A stretch of 64,000 nucleotides of DNA from an uncultured Clostridia bacterium (GTDB lineage: Bacteria > Bacillota > Clostridia > Oscillospirales > Acutalibacteraceae): assembly GCA_944384985.1 (NCBI GenBank), contig CALWVM010000010.1:235-64234 (forward strand), given 5' to 3'. The notes beneath the pieces are model-generated. The model was not told the DNA's origin and did not search any database. It was given only the letters and a program-made list of their open reading frames with translations. The translations under genes and the position numbers were made by a program. Of this stretch, positions 8,964 through 17,661 are shown piece by piece. Numbering within the stretch: the stretch's first letter is position 1; the number at the start of each line of letters is the position of its first letter.

Positions 8964-9006
8964 ATATAGAATTAGCAATTTTGTAACGATTTTAACCATT
9001 TGTAAC

Positions 9007-9034
9007 TTGCTATTTTCGACAAAGGCTATATAAT
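9007..9034 (+). promoter_or_regulatory. sigma-A-like promoter upstream of the deacetylase gene
   Basis: TTGCTA, 16 nt, TATAAT (9029-9034). Confidence 0.4.
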
Positions 9035-9055
9035 AAAATTGAAATTTGTCGAAAA
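9013..9055. promoter_or_regulatory. perfect 11-bp inverted repeat carrying Spo0A-box cores
   Basis: ttttcgacaaa (9013-9023) and tttgtcgaaaa (9045-9055). The cores TTCGACA and TGTCGAA match the TGNCGAA 0A-box consensus; the repeat brackets the TATAAT. Confidence 0.45.
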
Positions 9056-9068
9056 GTGGGTTGCAATT

Positions 9069-10058
9069 ATGCGGGCTGTGCAGCAAAATAAAATTTTACG
9101 AATCATTCTCGTGGCGTTCGCCGTTCTCATCGTAGCGCTTTCTGTGTCGCTGACGGTGGTATCCGTTAAGAATAACCGGCTTTCCGAGGCCGCCGGGGAA
9201 TATGAGAGCCTTTCGGGAGAACTCGACAGTGCGCAGGCGGCGCGCTCCGAAGAGGCGTCTTCCTATCAGGCACAGCTCGACGAGCAAAGCAAAGCCTTTC
9301 AAAGTGAAAAGGATGCGCTCGAGCAAACCATTTCTGACTTAAACCGTCAGATCTCCCTTAAGCGGTCGACAACGACGACACAGCCTGCAACGCAAAAACC
9401 TGCTGTGCAGACGAGTACGGCGGATCTTTCCGGAAAAACCATTTACCTTACGTTTGACGACGGGCCGTCGCCCCGTACGCCGGAGATCCTGAAGATTCTG
9501 GATCAATACGGCGTTAAGGCGACGTTTTTTGTTATCAACGGCGGGAAGTATAACCAGTATATGAAAGATATTGTGAATGCCGGGCACACCATCGCGCTGC
9601 ACTCGTATTCCCATTCCTATTCGACTGTCTATGCTTCGGATGAAAATTATTTTGCCGATCTGCAAAAGATCTCGGACGTTGTGTACGAACAGACCGGCGT
9701 GCGCACCAAGCTGATCCGCTTCCCGGGAGGTAGCAGCAATACCGTCAGCCGCAAATATGCGCCGGGCATTATGACACGCCTGACCAAAGAAGTGTCCTCG
9801 CGCGGGTATGTGTATTTTGACTGGAATCTTTCTTCCGGCGATGCTTCGGGCGGTAAGGTGTCCGCGCAGACCATTATCAACAACTGCCGCAAAGTGCCGC
9901 GCAGCGATTCCGTAATCGTGCTCATGCACGACGCCTCCGCCAAAAAGACGACGGTGGAGGCGCTGCCTGCCGTGATCGAGTATTACAAAGCGGCAGGCTG
10001 CAAATTTGCGGCGTTAAGTGAATCTTCCCCCACGGCGCACCAGCGGGTATTGAACTGA
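9069..10058 (+). CDS. polysaccharide deacetylase (NodB homology domain) with N-terminal membrane anchor and coiled-coil linker
   Basis: IYLTFDDGPSPRTPEIL, HSYSH and LMHD motifs. The ATG at 9069 gives the signal-anchor ILRIILVAFAVLIVAL; a TTG at 9039 is an alternative start. Confidence 0.85.
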   Translation: MRAVQQNKILRIILVAFAVLIVALSVSLTVVSVKNNRLSEAAGEYESLSGELDSAQAARSEEASSYQAQLDEQSKAFQSEKDALEQTISDLNRQISLKRSTTTTQPATQKPAVQTSTADLSGKTIYLTFDDGPSPRTPEILKILDQYGVKATFFVINGGKYNQYMKDIVNAGHTIALHSYSHSYSTVYASDENYFADLQKISDVVYEQTGVRTKLIRFPGGSSNTVSRKYAPGIMTRLTKEVSSRGYVYFDWNLSSGDASGGKVSAQTIINNCRKVPRSDSVIVLMHDASAKKTTVEALPAVIEYYKAAGCKFAALSESSPTAHQRVLN

Positions 10059-10202
10059 AAAATCCCGGTTTTTTTGTGTATATTCAATAGTTGAAAGCTT
10101 TTTTCATTGTGATTTTGCACAAAGTTTCTTCGCGCCAAAGGAACGGACTTTGGAATACCCTCCGAAATCTCGCAAAATCCCCCATATATCGTGTTTTAAC
10201 CG

Positions 10203-10230
10203 TTGACGAGGACAAGTTTTGTGGTATAAT
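10203..10230 (+). promoter_or_regulatory. sigma-A-like promoter for ptsH
   Basis: TTGACG, 16 nt, TATAAT with TGg extended -10. Confidence 0.55.
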
Positions 10231-10286
10231 ATGTTAACGAAAAGCAGGAAAAACAGCAATACTCTGATATATAGGGAGAATGTTTT

Positions 10287-10550
10287 ATGTTCGTAAAAGA
10301 AGTTCTTGTTCAAAATCAGGTTGGTCTGCATGCGCGTCCGGCAACGTTCTTTATCCAGAAAGCCAATGAATTCAAATCTTCCATCTGGGTCGAAAAGGAT
10401 GAGCGCCGCGTCAATGCAAAGAGCCTGCTCGGTGTTCTCTCTCTCGGCATTATGGGCAATACCAAAATTCGAATCATTGCCGGCGGCCCCGATGAGGTGC
10501 AGGCGGTTGAAGCGCTTGTCAAGCTGGTGGAATCCGGCTTTGCCGAATAA
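10287..10550 (+). CDS. ptsH: phosphocarrier protein HPr
   Basis: 87-aa ORF; GLHARPA (His15 site) and NAKSLLGVLSLG (Ser46 site). Confidence 0.93.
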   Translation: MFVKEVLVQNQVGLHARPATFFIQKANEFKSSIWVEKDERRVNAKSLLGVLSLGIMGNTKIRIIAGGPDEVQAVEALVKLVESGFAE

Positions 10551-10569
10551 TTTTTATCAGAGCTTATTT

Positions 10570-10606
10570 CAGACACGCCGGCTCTTCGGTGTGTCTGATT
10601 TTGTTT
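10570..10606 (+). terminator. intrinsic terminator after ptsH
   Basis: cagacacgccg / cggtgtgtctg stem (one G-U pair) followed by attttgttt. Confidence 0.75.
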
Positions 10607-10643
10607 ATATCGTTTCTTAAAAATGGGAAAGGGCGCGTGAGAT

Positions 10644-12488
10644 ATGGACGAAAGACGTGCACGGCTGCGGGCCAAATCCATGCGCCTGCCGCTTTTGCCG
10701 GGCGTGTATATCATGAAAAACAAGGCCGGCGAGATCATCTATATCGGCAAGGCAAAAGCGCTGAAAAACCGCGTCAGCCAATATTTCGGCTCGCCGAACG
10801 GGCACACGGTAAAAGTGCGTAAAATGGTCGAAAATGTGCAGGATTTCGATTATATCGTTACCGACAGTGAGTTTGAAGCGCTGGTGCTCGAATGCAGTCT
10901 CATCAAGCAGCACATGCCGAAATACAATATCCTGCTCAAAGACGACAAAGGATACAGCTATATCCGCGTGGCGGGGGAAAAGTATAAAACGATCTCCGCT
11001 GTGCTGCAAAAAAATGATGACGGCGCGCAGTATATCGGTCCATATACCAGTTCTTATGCCGTCAAGCAGAGCGTGGATGCCGCCAACAAGATTTTTATGC
11101 TTCCGCAATGCGGCAAGGATTTTGACAAAGGCGTGCAGACTTCGCGCCCGTGTTTGAATTACTATATCTCCCGCTGCTGCGGTGTCTGCACGGGTAAGGT
11201 CAATCCAAAGGAGTATGCGGAAGCCGCAGAGCAAGCGATCCGCTTCCTGAAAGGCGACAGCGCCGCTGTTTTAAAGACGCTTACCGAGCAAATGGAAGAA
11301 GCTTCGGAGCGTTTGGACTTTGAACGTGCCGCGCGTCTGCGGGACCGCATCCATGCGATTGAACAGCTTCGAGAAAAACAAAAGGTCGTTTTCAAATCCG
11401 TCGAAGAACAGGATGTCTTTTCCATGGCGGAGAGTGAAAACACGGTCTGCCTTGCCGTCCTGCGTTTTGCAGATGGGCGGCTGTTCGACAGCGAACATTT
11501 CTTTTTTGAAAAAGAGGAGAGTGCCACCGAAACCATGGCGACCGCGATAACGTCCTATTATTCCATGCGCAGCGACATCCCAAAACGCGTAACTGTGGAC
11601 GGTGAAGTCGAGGGTAAGGCAGATCTGGAGCGCTGGCTGAGTGAAAAGCGCGGCAAAAAGACAGTGATCTTCTGTCCGCAGCGCGGCGAACAGGTAGATG
11701 TTGTCAAAATGTGCCGGGAAAATGCACAGGAAAAGCTTGCGTTGAAGCTCGGCATGCGCGGCAGAGACGTTGCCGTGCTCGAAGAACTGCGCGATTTGCT
11801 TGGGCTGCAAAGCGCGCCCGCGTATATCGAGGCCTACGATATCTCCCACACCGCTGGGCAGGACAGCGTCGGGGGCATGGTCGTATTCTGTGACGGACGG
11901 CCGCTGAAATCCGCGTACCGTCGTTTTCGGATTCGGTCTTTTCAGGGCAACGACGATTACCGGTCTATGCATGAAGTGCTCACGCGGCGTTTTACGGAAT
12001 ATGAAAAACAGAAAGACAGCGGCGAGGGCTTCGGCAGGCTGCCGGATTTGATCCTTTTAGACGGCGGCATCGGGCAGGTCAATGCTGTGCAGCCAGTGCT
12101 TGACGAATTCGGGCTGCATATCCCGCTGTTCGGTATGGTCAAGGACAACCGCCACCGCACGCGCGCCATCGCGCAAAACGGCGGTGAGATCGAAATTCGC
12201 TCCAACCGCCGCGTATTTACGCTGATTTCCGACATTCAGGAAGAGGTCCATCGTTATTCCATCGCATATCACCGCAGCCGCCACGCGAAGCGCACGCTTT
12301 CCATGTCGCTTTGTGAGATCGAAGGCGTCGGGGATAAAAAAGCGCGCGCGCTGCTGCGCAGGTTCAAAACGCTGACAGCGATCCGCAATGCCGATGTGGA
12401 CACGCTCTGCACAGCAGAGGGAATCTCTAGAAAGACGGCCGAAAAAGTCTATGCGTTTTACCATGGAAAGGAAGATGAGAACCCATGA
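10644..12488 (+). CDS. uvrC: excinuclease ABC subunit C
   Basis: 614-aa ORF; GIY-YIG N-terminus PGVYIMKNKAGEIIYIGKAKALKNRV, UVR domain and C-terminal (HhH)2. Confidence 0.95.
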   Translation: MDERRARLRAKSMRLPLLPGVYIMKNKAGEIIYIGKAKALKNRVSQYFGSPNGHTVKVRKMVENVQDFDYIVTDSEFEALVLECSLIKQHMPKYNILLKDDKGYSYIRVAGEKYKTISAVLQKNDDGAQYIGPYTSSYAVKQSVDAANKIFMLPQCGKDFDKGVQTSRPCLNYYISRCCGVCTGKVNPKEYAEAAEQAIRFLKGDSAAVLKTLTEQMEEASERLDFERAARLRDRIHAIEQLREKQKVVFKSVEEQDVFSMAESENTVCLAVLRFADGRLFDSEHFFFEKEESATETMATAITSYYSMRSDIPKRVTVDGEVEGKADLERWLSEKRGKKTVIFCPQRGEQVDVVKMCRENAQEKLALKLGMRGRDVAVLEELRDLLGLQSAPAYIEAYDISHTAGQDSVGGMVVFCDGRPLKSAYRRFRIRSFQGNDDYRSMHEVLTRRFTEYEKQKDSGEGFGRLPDLILLDGGIGQVNAVQPVLDEFGLHIPLFGMVKDNRHRTRAIAQNGGEIEIRSNRRVFTLISDIQEEVHRYSIAYHRSRHAKRTLSMSLCEIEGVGDKKARALLRRFKTLTAIRNADVDTLCTAEGISRKTAEKVYAFYHGKEDENP

Positions 12489-13144
12489 AAAAAGCGATCG
12501 TTTTTGATTTGGACGGAACGCTGCTCAACACGCTCGACGATCTGTGCGACAGCACAAATTATGCGCTCGCCGCTTTGCATTTCCCGCCACGCACGCTCGA
12601 CGAAGTGCGTCGCTTTGTCGGCAACGGCATCCGCAAGCTGATCGAACGTGCTGTGCCGGATACCGCTTCCGCTGAACAGACGGAAGAATGCTATCGCGTT
12701 TTCTGCGAACACTATAAACACAATATGGAGAACAAGACGAAAGAGTATGACGGTATTTCCGACATGCTTTCTGCCCTTCAGGATGCGGGCTACCGGATGG
12801 CGATTGTGACCAACAAAGCAGATTTCGCCGCGCAGGAGCTTTGCAGCACGCTTTTCGGGAAGTACGTCAAAACCGTAGTCGGAAGCGTAGACGGCAGGCC
12901 GAACAAACCTGCACCGGACGGTGTGTACTATGCGCTCGAGCAGATGGGCGTCACGCCGGATGAGGCTGTGTTTGTCGGCGACAGCGAGGTGGATATTCAA
13001 ACTGCGCATAACGCGCATCTGGACGCCGTCGGGGTGCTTTGGGGCTTCCGTGACGAGACGCAGCTTCGTGCAACCGGTGTTAAAACGCTTGTGCGCACCC
13101 CAAAAGAATTAAAAAATATGCTTTTAAAGCTAAAAAGTTGCTGA
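12485..13144 (+). CDS. HAD-superfamily hydrolase (phosphoglycolate phosphatase-like)
   Basis: IVFDLDGTLLNT motif I, VTNK motif II, VGDSEVD motif III; ATGA overlap with uvrC. Confidence 0.8.
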   Translation: MKKAIVFDLDGTLLNTLDDLCDSTNYALAALHFPPRTLDEVRRFVGNGIRKLIERAVPDTASAEQTEECYRVFCEHYKHNMENKTKEYDGISDMLSALQDAGYRMAIVTNKADFAAQELCSTLFGKYVKTVVGSVDGRPNKPAPDGVYYALEQMGVTPDEAVFVGDSEVDIQTAHNAHLDAVGVLWGFRDETQLRATGVKTLVRTPKELKNMLLKLKSC

Positions 13145-13202
13145 ATACAGTTGACATTTGTGCTAAAATAGTGAAAAATAGGGTAGAGTAAGGAGGTTGT
13201 CC

Positions 13203-13754
13203 ATGCGGGTCATTACGGGTACGGCGCGTGGCAGAAAACTGAAAACGCTTGCGGGCGATGACGTTGTGCGTCCGACCTCCGAGAAGGTCAAGGAAGCGAT
13301 GTTCAGCATCGTGCATTTTGAATTGGAAGGCGCCACTGTGCTCGACGCATTTGCGGGTTCGGGGCAGCTGGGGATTGAAGCGCTCAGCCGCGGCGCCAAA
13401 AAAGCCGTTTTTACGGATGAAAATCGGCAGGCGGCCGACACCGTGCGCGATAATCTGCAAACGACGCGCTTTACCGATCGCGCCGTTGTGCTGCAAACCG
13501 ATGCATTTTCGTATTTGCAGTCCACGTGCGAAAAGTTTGATGTATTGTTCTTCGACCCGCCTTACCGCAAAGGGACGGTCGAAAGGATTTTGCCGCTGGT
13601 TCCGCGCTGCTGCAATCCCGGCGCGATCCTTGTTTGCGAGACCGAAGCCGAAGCTGTGCTGCCTGAAAGTGTCGGCGTGCTTACACGCCTTCGGGAATAT
13701 AAATATTCCAAAACCAAACTGACGACTTACAGAATGCAGGAGGACGCCGAATGA
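13203..13754 (+). CDS. rsmD: 16S rRNA (guanine966-N2)-methyltransferase
   Basis: MRVITGTARGRKL..., RPTSEKVKEAMFSI, LDAFAGSG and FFDPPY motifs; AAGGAGG lies 7 nt upstream of the ATG at 13203. Confidence 0.9.
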   Translation: MRVITGTARGRKLKTLAGDDVVRPTSEKVKEAMFSIVHFELEGATVLDAFAGSGQLGIEALSRGAKKAVFTDENRQAADTVRDNLQTTRFTDRAVVLQTDAFSYLQSTCEKFDVLFFDPPYRKGTVERILPLVPRCCNPGAILVCETEAEAVLPESVGVLTRLREYKYSKTKLTTYRMQEDAE

Positions 13755-14251
13755 AAACCGTCATCTGCCCCGGCAGCTTTGACCCGGTAACCGTCGGGCA
13801 TATGGACATCATCCGCCGCAGCGCCGCGATGTTCGACAAAGTGATCGTGGTTGTAATGAACAATTACCAGAAACGCGACCGCCATGCGTTTTCCGCTGAG
13901 GAACGCGTCGAACTGCTGAAGCGCTGTACGAAAGATATTCCGAATGTCGAGGTGGAAGCATACGCGGGTCTGCTTGCGGAATACGCACGGCAAAAAAATG
14001 CAGTCGCTGTTGTCAAGGGGCTGCGCGCGGTTTCGGATTTTGAATATGAGTTCCAGCAGGCGCTGACCAACATGCGGCTCAACAGCGAGTTGGATACGGT
14101 CTTTATGACGACCACCGCGGAAAATATGTTTTTAAGTTCCAGTGTTGTCAAACAGGTTTGCGAATTGGGCGGGGACATCAGCAGCTTTGTGCCCGAAGAG
14201 ATTCGTGACGATATTATCAAAAGATTAAGAGGCAGAGGTGACAAGCAATGA
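13751..14251 (+). CDS. coaD: phosphopantetheine adenylyltransferase
   Basis: CPGSFDPVTVGHMDII motif, 166 aa, classic rsmD-coaD pairing. Confidence 0.93.
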   Translation: MKTVICPGSFDPVTVGHMDIIRRSAAMFDKVIVVVMNNYQKRDRHAFSAEERVELLKRCTKDIPNVEVEAYAGLLAEYARQKNAVAVVKGLRAVSDFEYEFQQALTNMRLNSELDTVFMTTTAENMFLSSSVVKQVCELGGDISSFVPEEIRDDIIKRLRGRGDKQ

Positions 14252-14781
14252 ACATAGAAAGCTTGCTCGACGAGTTGGAGGACATTCTCGATGAAGGGAA
14301 AAGCGTTCCTTTTACATCGAACCTTCTTGTAGATGTTAATGAGATCAAGCGGGTGCTTGAGGACATCCGCCTGAATATGCCGGATGAACTGATGCAGGCG
14401 CGCAAGATCGCTTCGGAACGTAAGGAGATTTTGACCGCTGCGCAGAATTCCGCTGATGAGATCATCGCAGCCGCGCACAAGCGTGCCAAAGAGCTTGTTG
14501 CCGAGCATGAGATCACCAAGAACGCCGAGATCTCCGCCTCCGACATTATGGCGCAGGCGCGCACGCAGGCGGGCGAGATCGTGGAAGGTGCGCGTGCGAC
14601 CGCGTCCCAGCTGACCGATCAGGCGCAAAAGTGGGCGAACGATATGCGTACGAGCGCAGGCGAGTATGTCGAAAATATCGTGGCGCTTGCCGACGAGAGC
14701 CTGACGAATTCTGTCAACGAGATCCGCCGTGCGCGGCAGTCTTTGCGCGCAGCAGCGCAGCATAAAAAAACGGAAGGCTGA
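14248..14781 (+). CDS. hypothetical coiled-coil protein (ATPase subunit b/G/H-like heptad-rich)
   Basis: 177-aa Ala/Glu/Gln-rich ORF with ATGA overlap to coaD; family not confidently recognised. Confidence 0.6.
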   Translation: MNIESLLDELEDILDEGKSVPFTSNLLVDVNEIKRVLEDIRLNMPDELMQARKIASERKEILTAAQNSADEIIAAAHKRAKELVAEHEITKNAEISASDIMAQARTQAGEIVEGARATASQLTDQAQKWANDMRTSAGEYVENIVALADESLTNSVNEIRRARQSLRAAAQHKKTEG

Positions 14782-14804
14782 CCTTTCCGAAATCTGTCTA
14801 TTCC

Positions 14805-14839
14805 TTCACCTCGTCGCATATATATGTGTACGAGGTGAA
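14805..14839 (+). promoter_or_regulatory. hairpin sequestering the Shine-Dalgarno of the next gene (or terminator of the upstream operon)
   Basis: Perfect 10-bp stem ttcacctcgt / acgaggtgaa. The right arm contains GAGGTGA, 6 nt before the ATG at 14845; the loop contains the self-complementary catatatatg. Confidence 0.55.
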
Positions 14840-14844
14840 AGTTT

Positions 14845-15357
14845 ATGTTTGTGTTTTCCGTGCATAAAAAACAGATTCGGTTTGCTATTTTGATCCTGTG
14901 CATCGCCGCGATAGCGGTAGCCTTTGCGATTGTGTCGAAAAACGGTGTGGAAGCCTCCAAAGAAACCGGGCTCAATGTCAACGCCTCTACCGCCGAAGAA
15001 CGCATTGCATACCTTTCGCAATTCGGCTGGCAGGTGGATGAAGACCCTGTTGAGGTGTCGGAGATCATCATCCCCGAGACATTTGACGAGACCTACACAA
15101 ATTATAATGAACTGCAAAAATCGCAGGGCTTTGATTTGACGTTGTATGCGTCCAAACGTGTCAAACGGTGGGTGTACCGCGTGCGCAATTATCCCGGCTA
15201 TGAGGATCTCGACTGCATCCAGGCGACGCTGCTCATCTATGACGGCAAAGTCATCGGCGGCGACATCTGTTCGACGCAGCTTGACGGCTTTATGCACGGA
15301 TTTGTCAAAGAGCAGACTGCGGACACGCAAGCGGCGCAGACCACGGCTGCCGCGTGA
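14845..15357 (+). CDS. DUF4830-like membrane-anchored protein
   Basis: 170-aa ORF with N-terminal TM, then AYLSQFGWQVDEDPVEV...GYEDLDCIQATLLIYDGKVIGGD, resembling DUF4830 proteins. Confidence 0.6.
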   Translation: MFVFSVHKKQIRFAILILCIAAIAVAFAIVSKNGVEASKETGLNVNASTAEERIAYLSQFGWQVDEDPVEVSEIIIPETFDETYTNYNELQKSQGFDLTLYASKRVKRWVYRVRNYPGYEDLDCIQATLLIYDGKVIGGDICSTQLDGFMHGFVKEQTADTQAAQTTAAA

Positions 15358-15394
15358 TCCGCTCTAAAGGACGTACCAAAAAGGAAGATGCTTT

Positions 15395-16117
15395 ATGCCC
15401 GCACAGCGACTTGACAAATATATTGCCAATACCTGCAGCCTGTCGCGCAAAGAGGTCAAAATCTTGGTGCGCGACGGGCGCGTCGCTTTGAATGGCGAAA
15501 CGGTACGGGATGCCGGCATGCAAATCGACGCGGAAAAGGACGTCTTATGCATAGACGGTAAGGCATATAATGCAGAAGAACATGCTTATATCATGCTCAA
15601 CAAGCCGCTCGGCGTGGTATCCGCCAGCCGGGACCGCACACAGAAAACCGTTTTAGATTTGGTTCCCGATGCGCTTTTTCGCAAGGGGTTGTTTCCTGCG
15701 GGGCGTCTGGACAAAGACACGAGCGGCTTTGTTCTGCTGACGGACGACGGGGATTTCGCACATCGGATCCTTTCGCCAAAAAATCATGTTCAAAAGACCT
15801 ATGTCGCCACGCTCAAAACGCCTTTGACAAAAGAGGCGCATCAGATGCTTTCGGCAGGCGTTACCCTGCGCGACGGCACTGCGCTTTTGCCCGCCGATGT
15901 GCGTTGCCTGGCGGATGACCGCCGCACGGTGCAGATCAAAATCTGCGAGGGGAAATATCATCAGATCCGCCGGATGCTTGCTGCCGCCGGCTGCCCGGTG
16001 CAGACGCTTATGCGTACGCATATGGGCGCGTTGGCGCTCGACCCGGCTTTGCGCCCTGGGGAATGCCGGCTGCTTACAAAAGCAGAAAAAGAAAAAATCA
16101 CACAAAAAACGGACTGA
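15395..16117 (+). CDS. pseudouridine synthase, RsuA/RluB family (S4 domain plus catalytic GRLDKDTSG)
   Basis: RLDKYIANTCSLSRKEVKILVRDGRVALNG (S4), GRLDKDTSGFVLLTDDG, EGKYHQIRRM. Confidence 0.88.
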   Translation: MPAQRLDKYIANTCSLSRKEVKILVRDGRVALNGETVRDAGMQIDAEKDVLCIDGKAYNAEEHAYIMLNKPLGVVSASRDRTQKTVLDLVPDALFRKGLFPAGRLDKDTSGFVLLTDDGDFAHRILSPKNHVQKTYVATLKTPLTKEAHQMLSAGVTLRDGTALLPADVRCLADDRRTVQIKICEGKYHQIRRMLAAAGCPVQTLMRTHMGALALDPALRPGECRLLTKAEKEKITQKTD

Positions 16118-16147
16118 CAGCCGCGGCAAACCGCCGCGGCTGTTTTG
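16117..16147 (+). terminator. intrinsic terminator
   Basis: Perfect 10-bp stem acagccgcgg / ccgcggctgt followed by tttt. Confidence 0.75.
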
Positions 16148-16207
16148 CACCGCCTGTCTTATCCGCGCATAGTATAGGGTAAAGGAAAATGCGGTGGTGG
16201 AAGAATC

Positions 16208-16429
16208 ATGCGAAAATTACTGATACAAGTTGGGTCCGTGACCTATGCCATGAAAGCGAAGTCCGTATTACAGGCAAACGGGCTTCGCGCATCTGTCGTC
16301 AAAACGGCGAATCCAAAAAAGAATGAGGGCTGCGGCTATTCCGTTGCCGTGGAAGATCCGAAAGTAAACGTAGCTGTGCTTTTGCAGCGGGAACACGTCG
16401 AGATACTCGGAACGAAGTGGGCAACATGA
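16208..16429 (+). CDS. DUF3343-like small protein (putative S/Se carrier-like)
   Basis: 73-aa ORF with a central CGYS motif, immediately upstream of and overlapping (ATGA) a class V aminotransferase, the usual context for DUF3343. Confidence 0.6.
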   Translation: MRKLLIQVGSVTYAMKAKSVLQANGLRASVVKTANPKKNEGCGYSVAVEDPKVNVAVLLQREHVEILGTKWAT

Positions 16430-17574
16430 CCTATTTCGACAATGCTGCTACGACTTATCCGAAACCGCGCGCTGTTCGGGAGGCGGTTCAGCGTGCGCTG
16501 ACGCAGTTTGGCGCGAATCCGGGGCGTGGCGGCCACGAAATGGCATATGCTACTGCCGAGGAAATCTATAACGTTCGCACCGCGATTTCGGATTTTTTTG
16601 ACCTCGGCGCACCGGAAAACGTAATTTTTACCAAAAACTGCACGGAAGCGCTCAATCTTGTCATCAAAGGACTTGCTCGGCAAGGCGGCCATTTTGTGTG
16701 CTCGGACTTAGAGCATAATGCTGTGACGCGCCCGTTAGAGGCATTGAAACTGCGCGGAATTTGCACTTGGGACGCCGCGAAAACAGGCGAAACAGACGAA
16801 CAGGCGGTCACGGGCTTTGAAACTTGTATTCGAAAAAATACAGTAGCGCTCATCTGCACAGGCGCGTCGAATGTATTCGGCAAAGCTTTACCACTTGAAA
16901 AACTGGCGGTGCTCGCCCATGCACACGGTATCCCGCTGGTCGCGGATCTTGCCCAGACGGCGGGTATTTTACCGCTCTCCCTTCGGAAAGCAGGTATCGA
17001 CTTTGCATGCGCGCCCGGTCACAAGGGGTTATACGGACCGATGGGCACGGGAATTTTGCTTTGCAACTCTTCCCAACGGCTTGAAACGCTGATGGAGGGC
17101 GGAACAGGCAATCAGTCCGCAAAACTTGTGCAGCCGGAGAATTATCCGGAGCGGCTGGAGTGCGGTACGCTCAACGTACCCGGTATTGCCGGTCTCGGGG
17201 CAGGGGTACGCTTTGTTGCACAGAAAGGCATCTCCGAAATCTATACCCGTGAGAAGCGGATGGTGCGCCGCATCGCGGCTTCGCTCGGTCAGATGCCACA
17301 GGTGCAGCTGTATACGGATTTAGACAGCCCAACGCAGCGTTTGGCTCCGCTGCTTTCTTTCAATATCCGCGGCAAGCACAGCGAGGAAGTCGGTGCCGAG
17401 CTTGCGCGCCGTGGGATCGCCGTTCGTGCGGGTCTGCACTGCGCCGCTTTGGCGCACCGCACCTACCAAACGGAGGCGACGGGGACGGTACGCATTTGCC
17501 CGTCTGTTTTCACAAAAGAACAAGATGTAAAAAGTTTATTAAATTCTGTATTTCAAATTGCAAAAAAAGCTTGA
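16426..17574 (+). CDS. cysteine desulfurase family protein (class V aminotransferase fold)
   Basis: MTYFDNAATTYPKP N-terminus, GHKGLYGPMGTG (PLP Lys) and RAGLHCAALAH...GTVRICPS C-terminus. Confidence 0.88.
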   Translation: MTYFDNAATTYPKPRAVREAVQRALTQFGANPGRGGHEMAYATAEEIYNVRTAISDFFDLGAPENVIFTKNCTEALNLVIKGLARQGGHFVCSDLEHNAVTRPLEALKLRGICTWDAAKTGETDEQAVTGFETCIRKNTVALICTGASNVFGKALPLEKLAVLAHAHGIPLVADLAQTAGILPLSLRKAGIDFACAPGHKGLYGPMGTGILLCNSSQRLETLMEGGTGNQSAKLVQPENYPERLECGTLNVPGIAGLGAGVRFVAQKGISEIYTREKRMVRRIAASLGQMPQVQLYTDLDSPTQRLAPLLSFNIRGKHSEEVGAELARRGIAVRAGLHCAALAHRTYQTEATGTVRICPSVFTKEQDVKSLLNSVFQIAKKA

Positions 17575-17586
17575 GTATGATACAAT
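17558..17586 (+). promoter_or_regulatory. sigma-A-like promoter for the cdaA operon
   Basis: TTGCAA, 17 nt, TACAAT with TGa extended -10; overlaps the end of the preceding gene. Confidence 0.5.
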
Positions 17587-17661
17587 ATATCGTGATTTTA
17601 TATGCACAGTTTCGTGCATTTTGCGATATGTTGTATTTTTTTATCGAAATTGGGTGTTACG

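Noticed and set aside
10229-10246. cre-like sequence (atgttaacgaaaagca) just downstream of the ptsH -10
   Set aside because: It mismatches the WTGNAANCGNWNNCW consensus at two invariant positions (A5 and C14), so I judge it not to be a credible CcpA site.
10104-10331. 75-aa minus-strand ORF in the ptsH upstream region
   Set aside because: It overlaps the ptsH promoter, SD and start, and its AT-rich, Leu/Phe/Lys-rich sequence shows no start signal.
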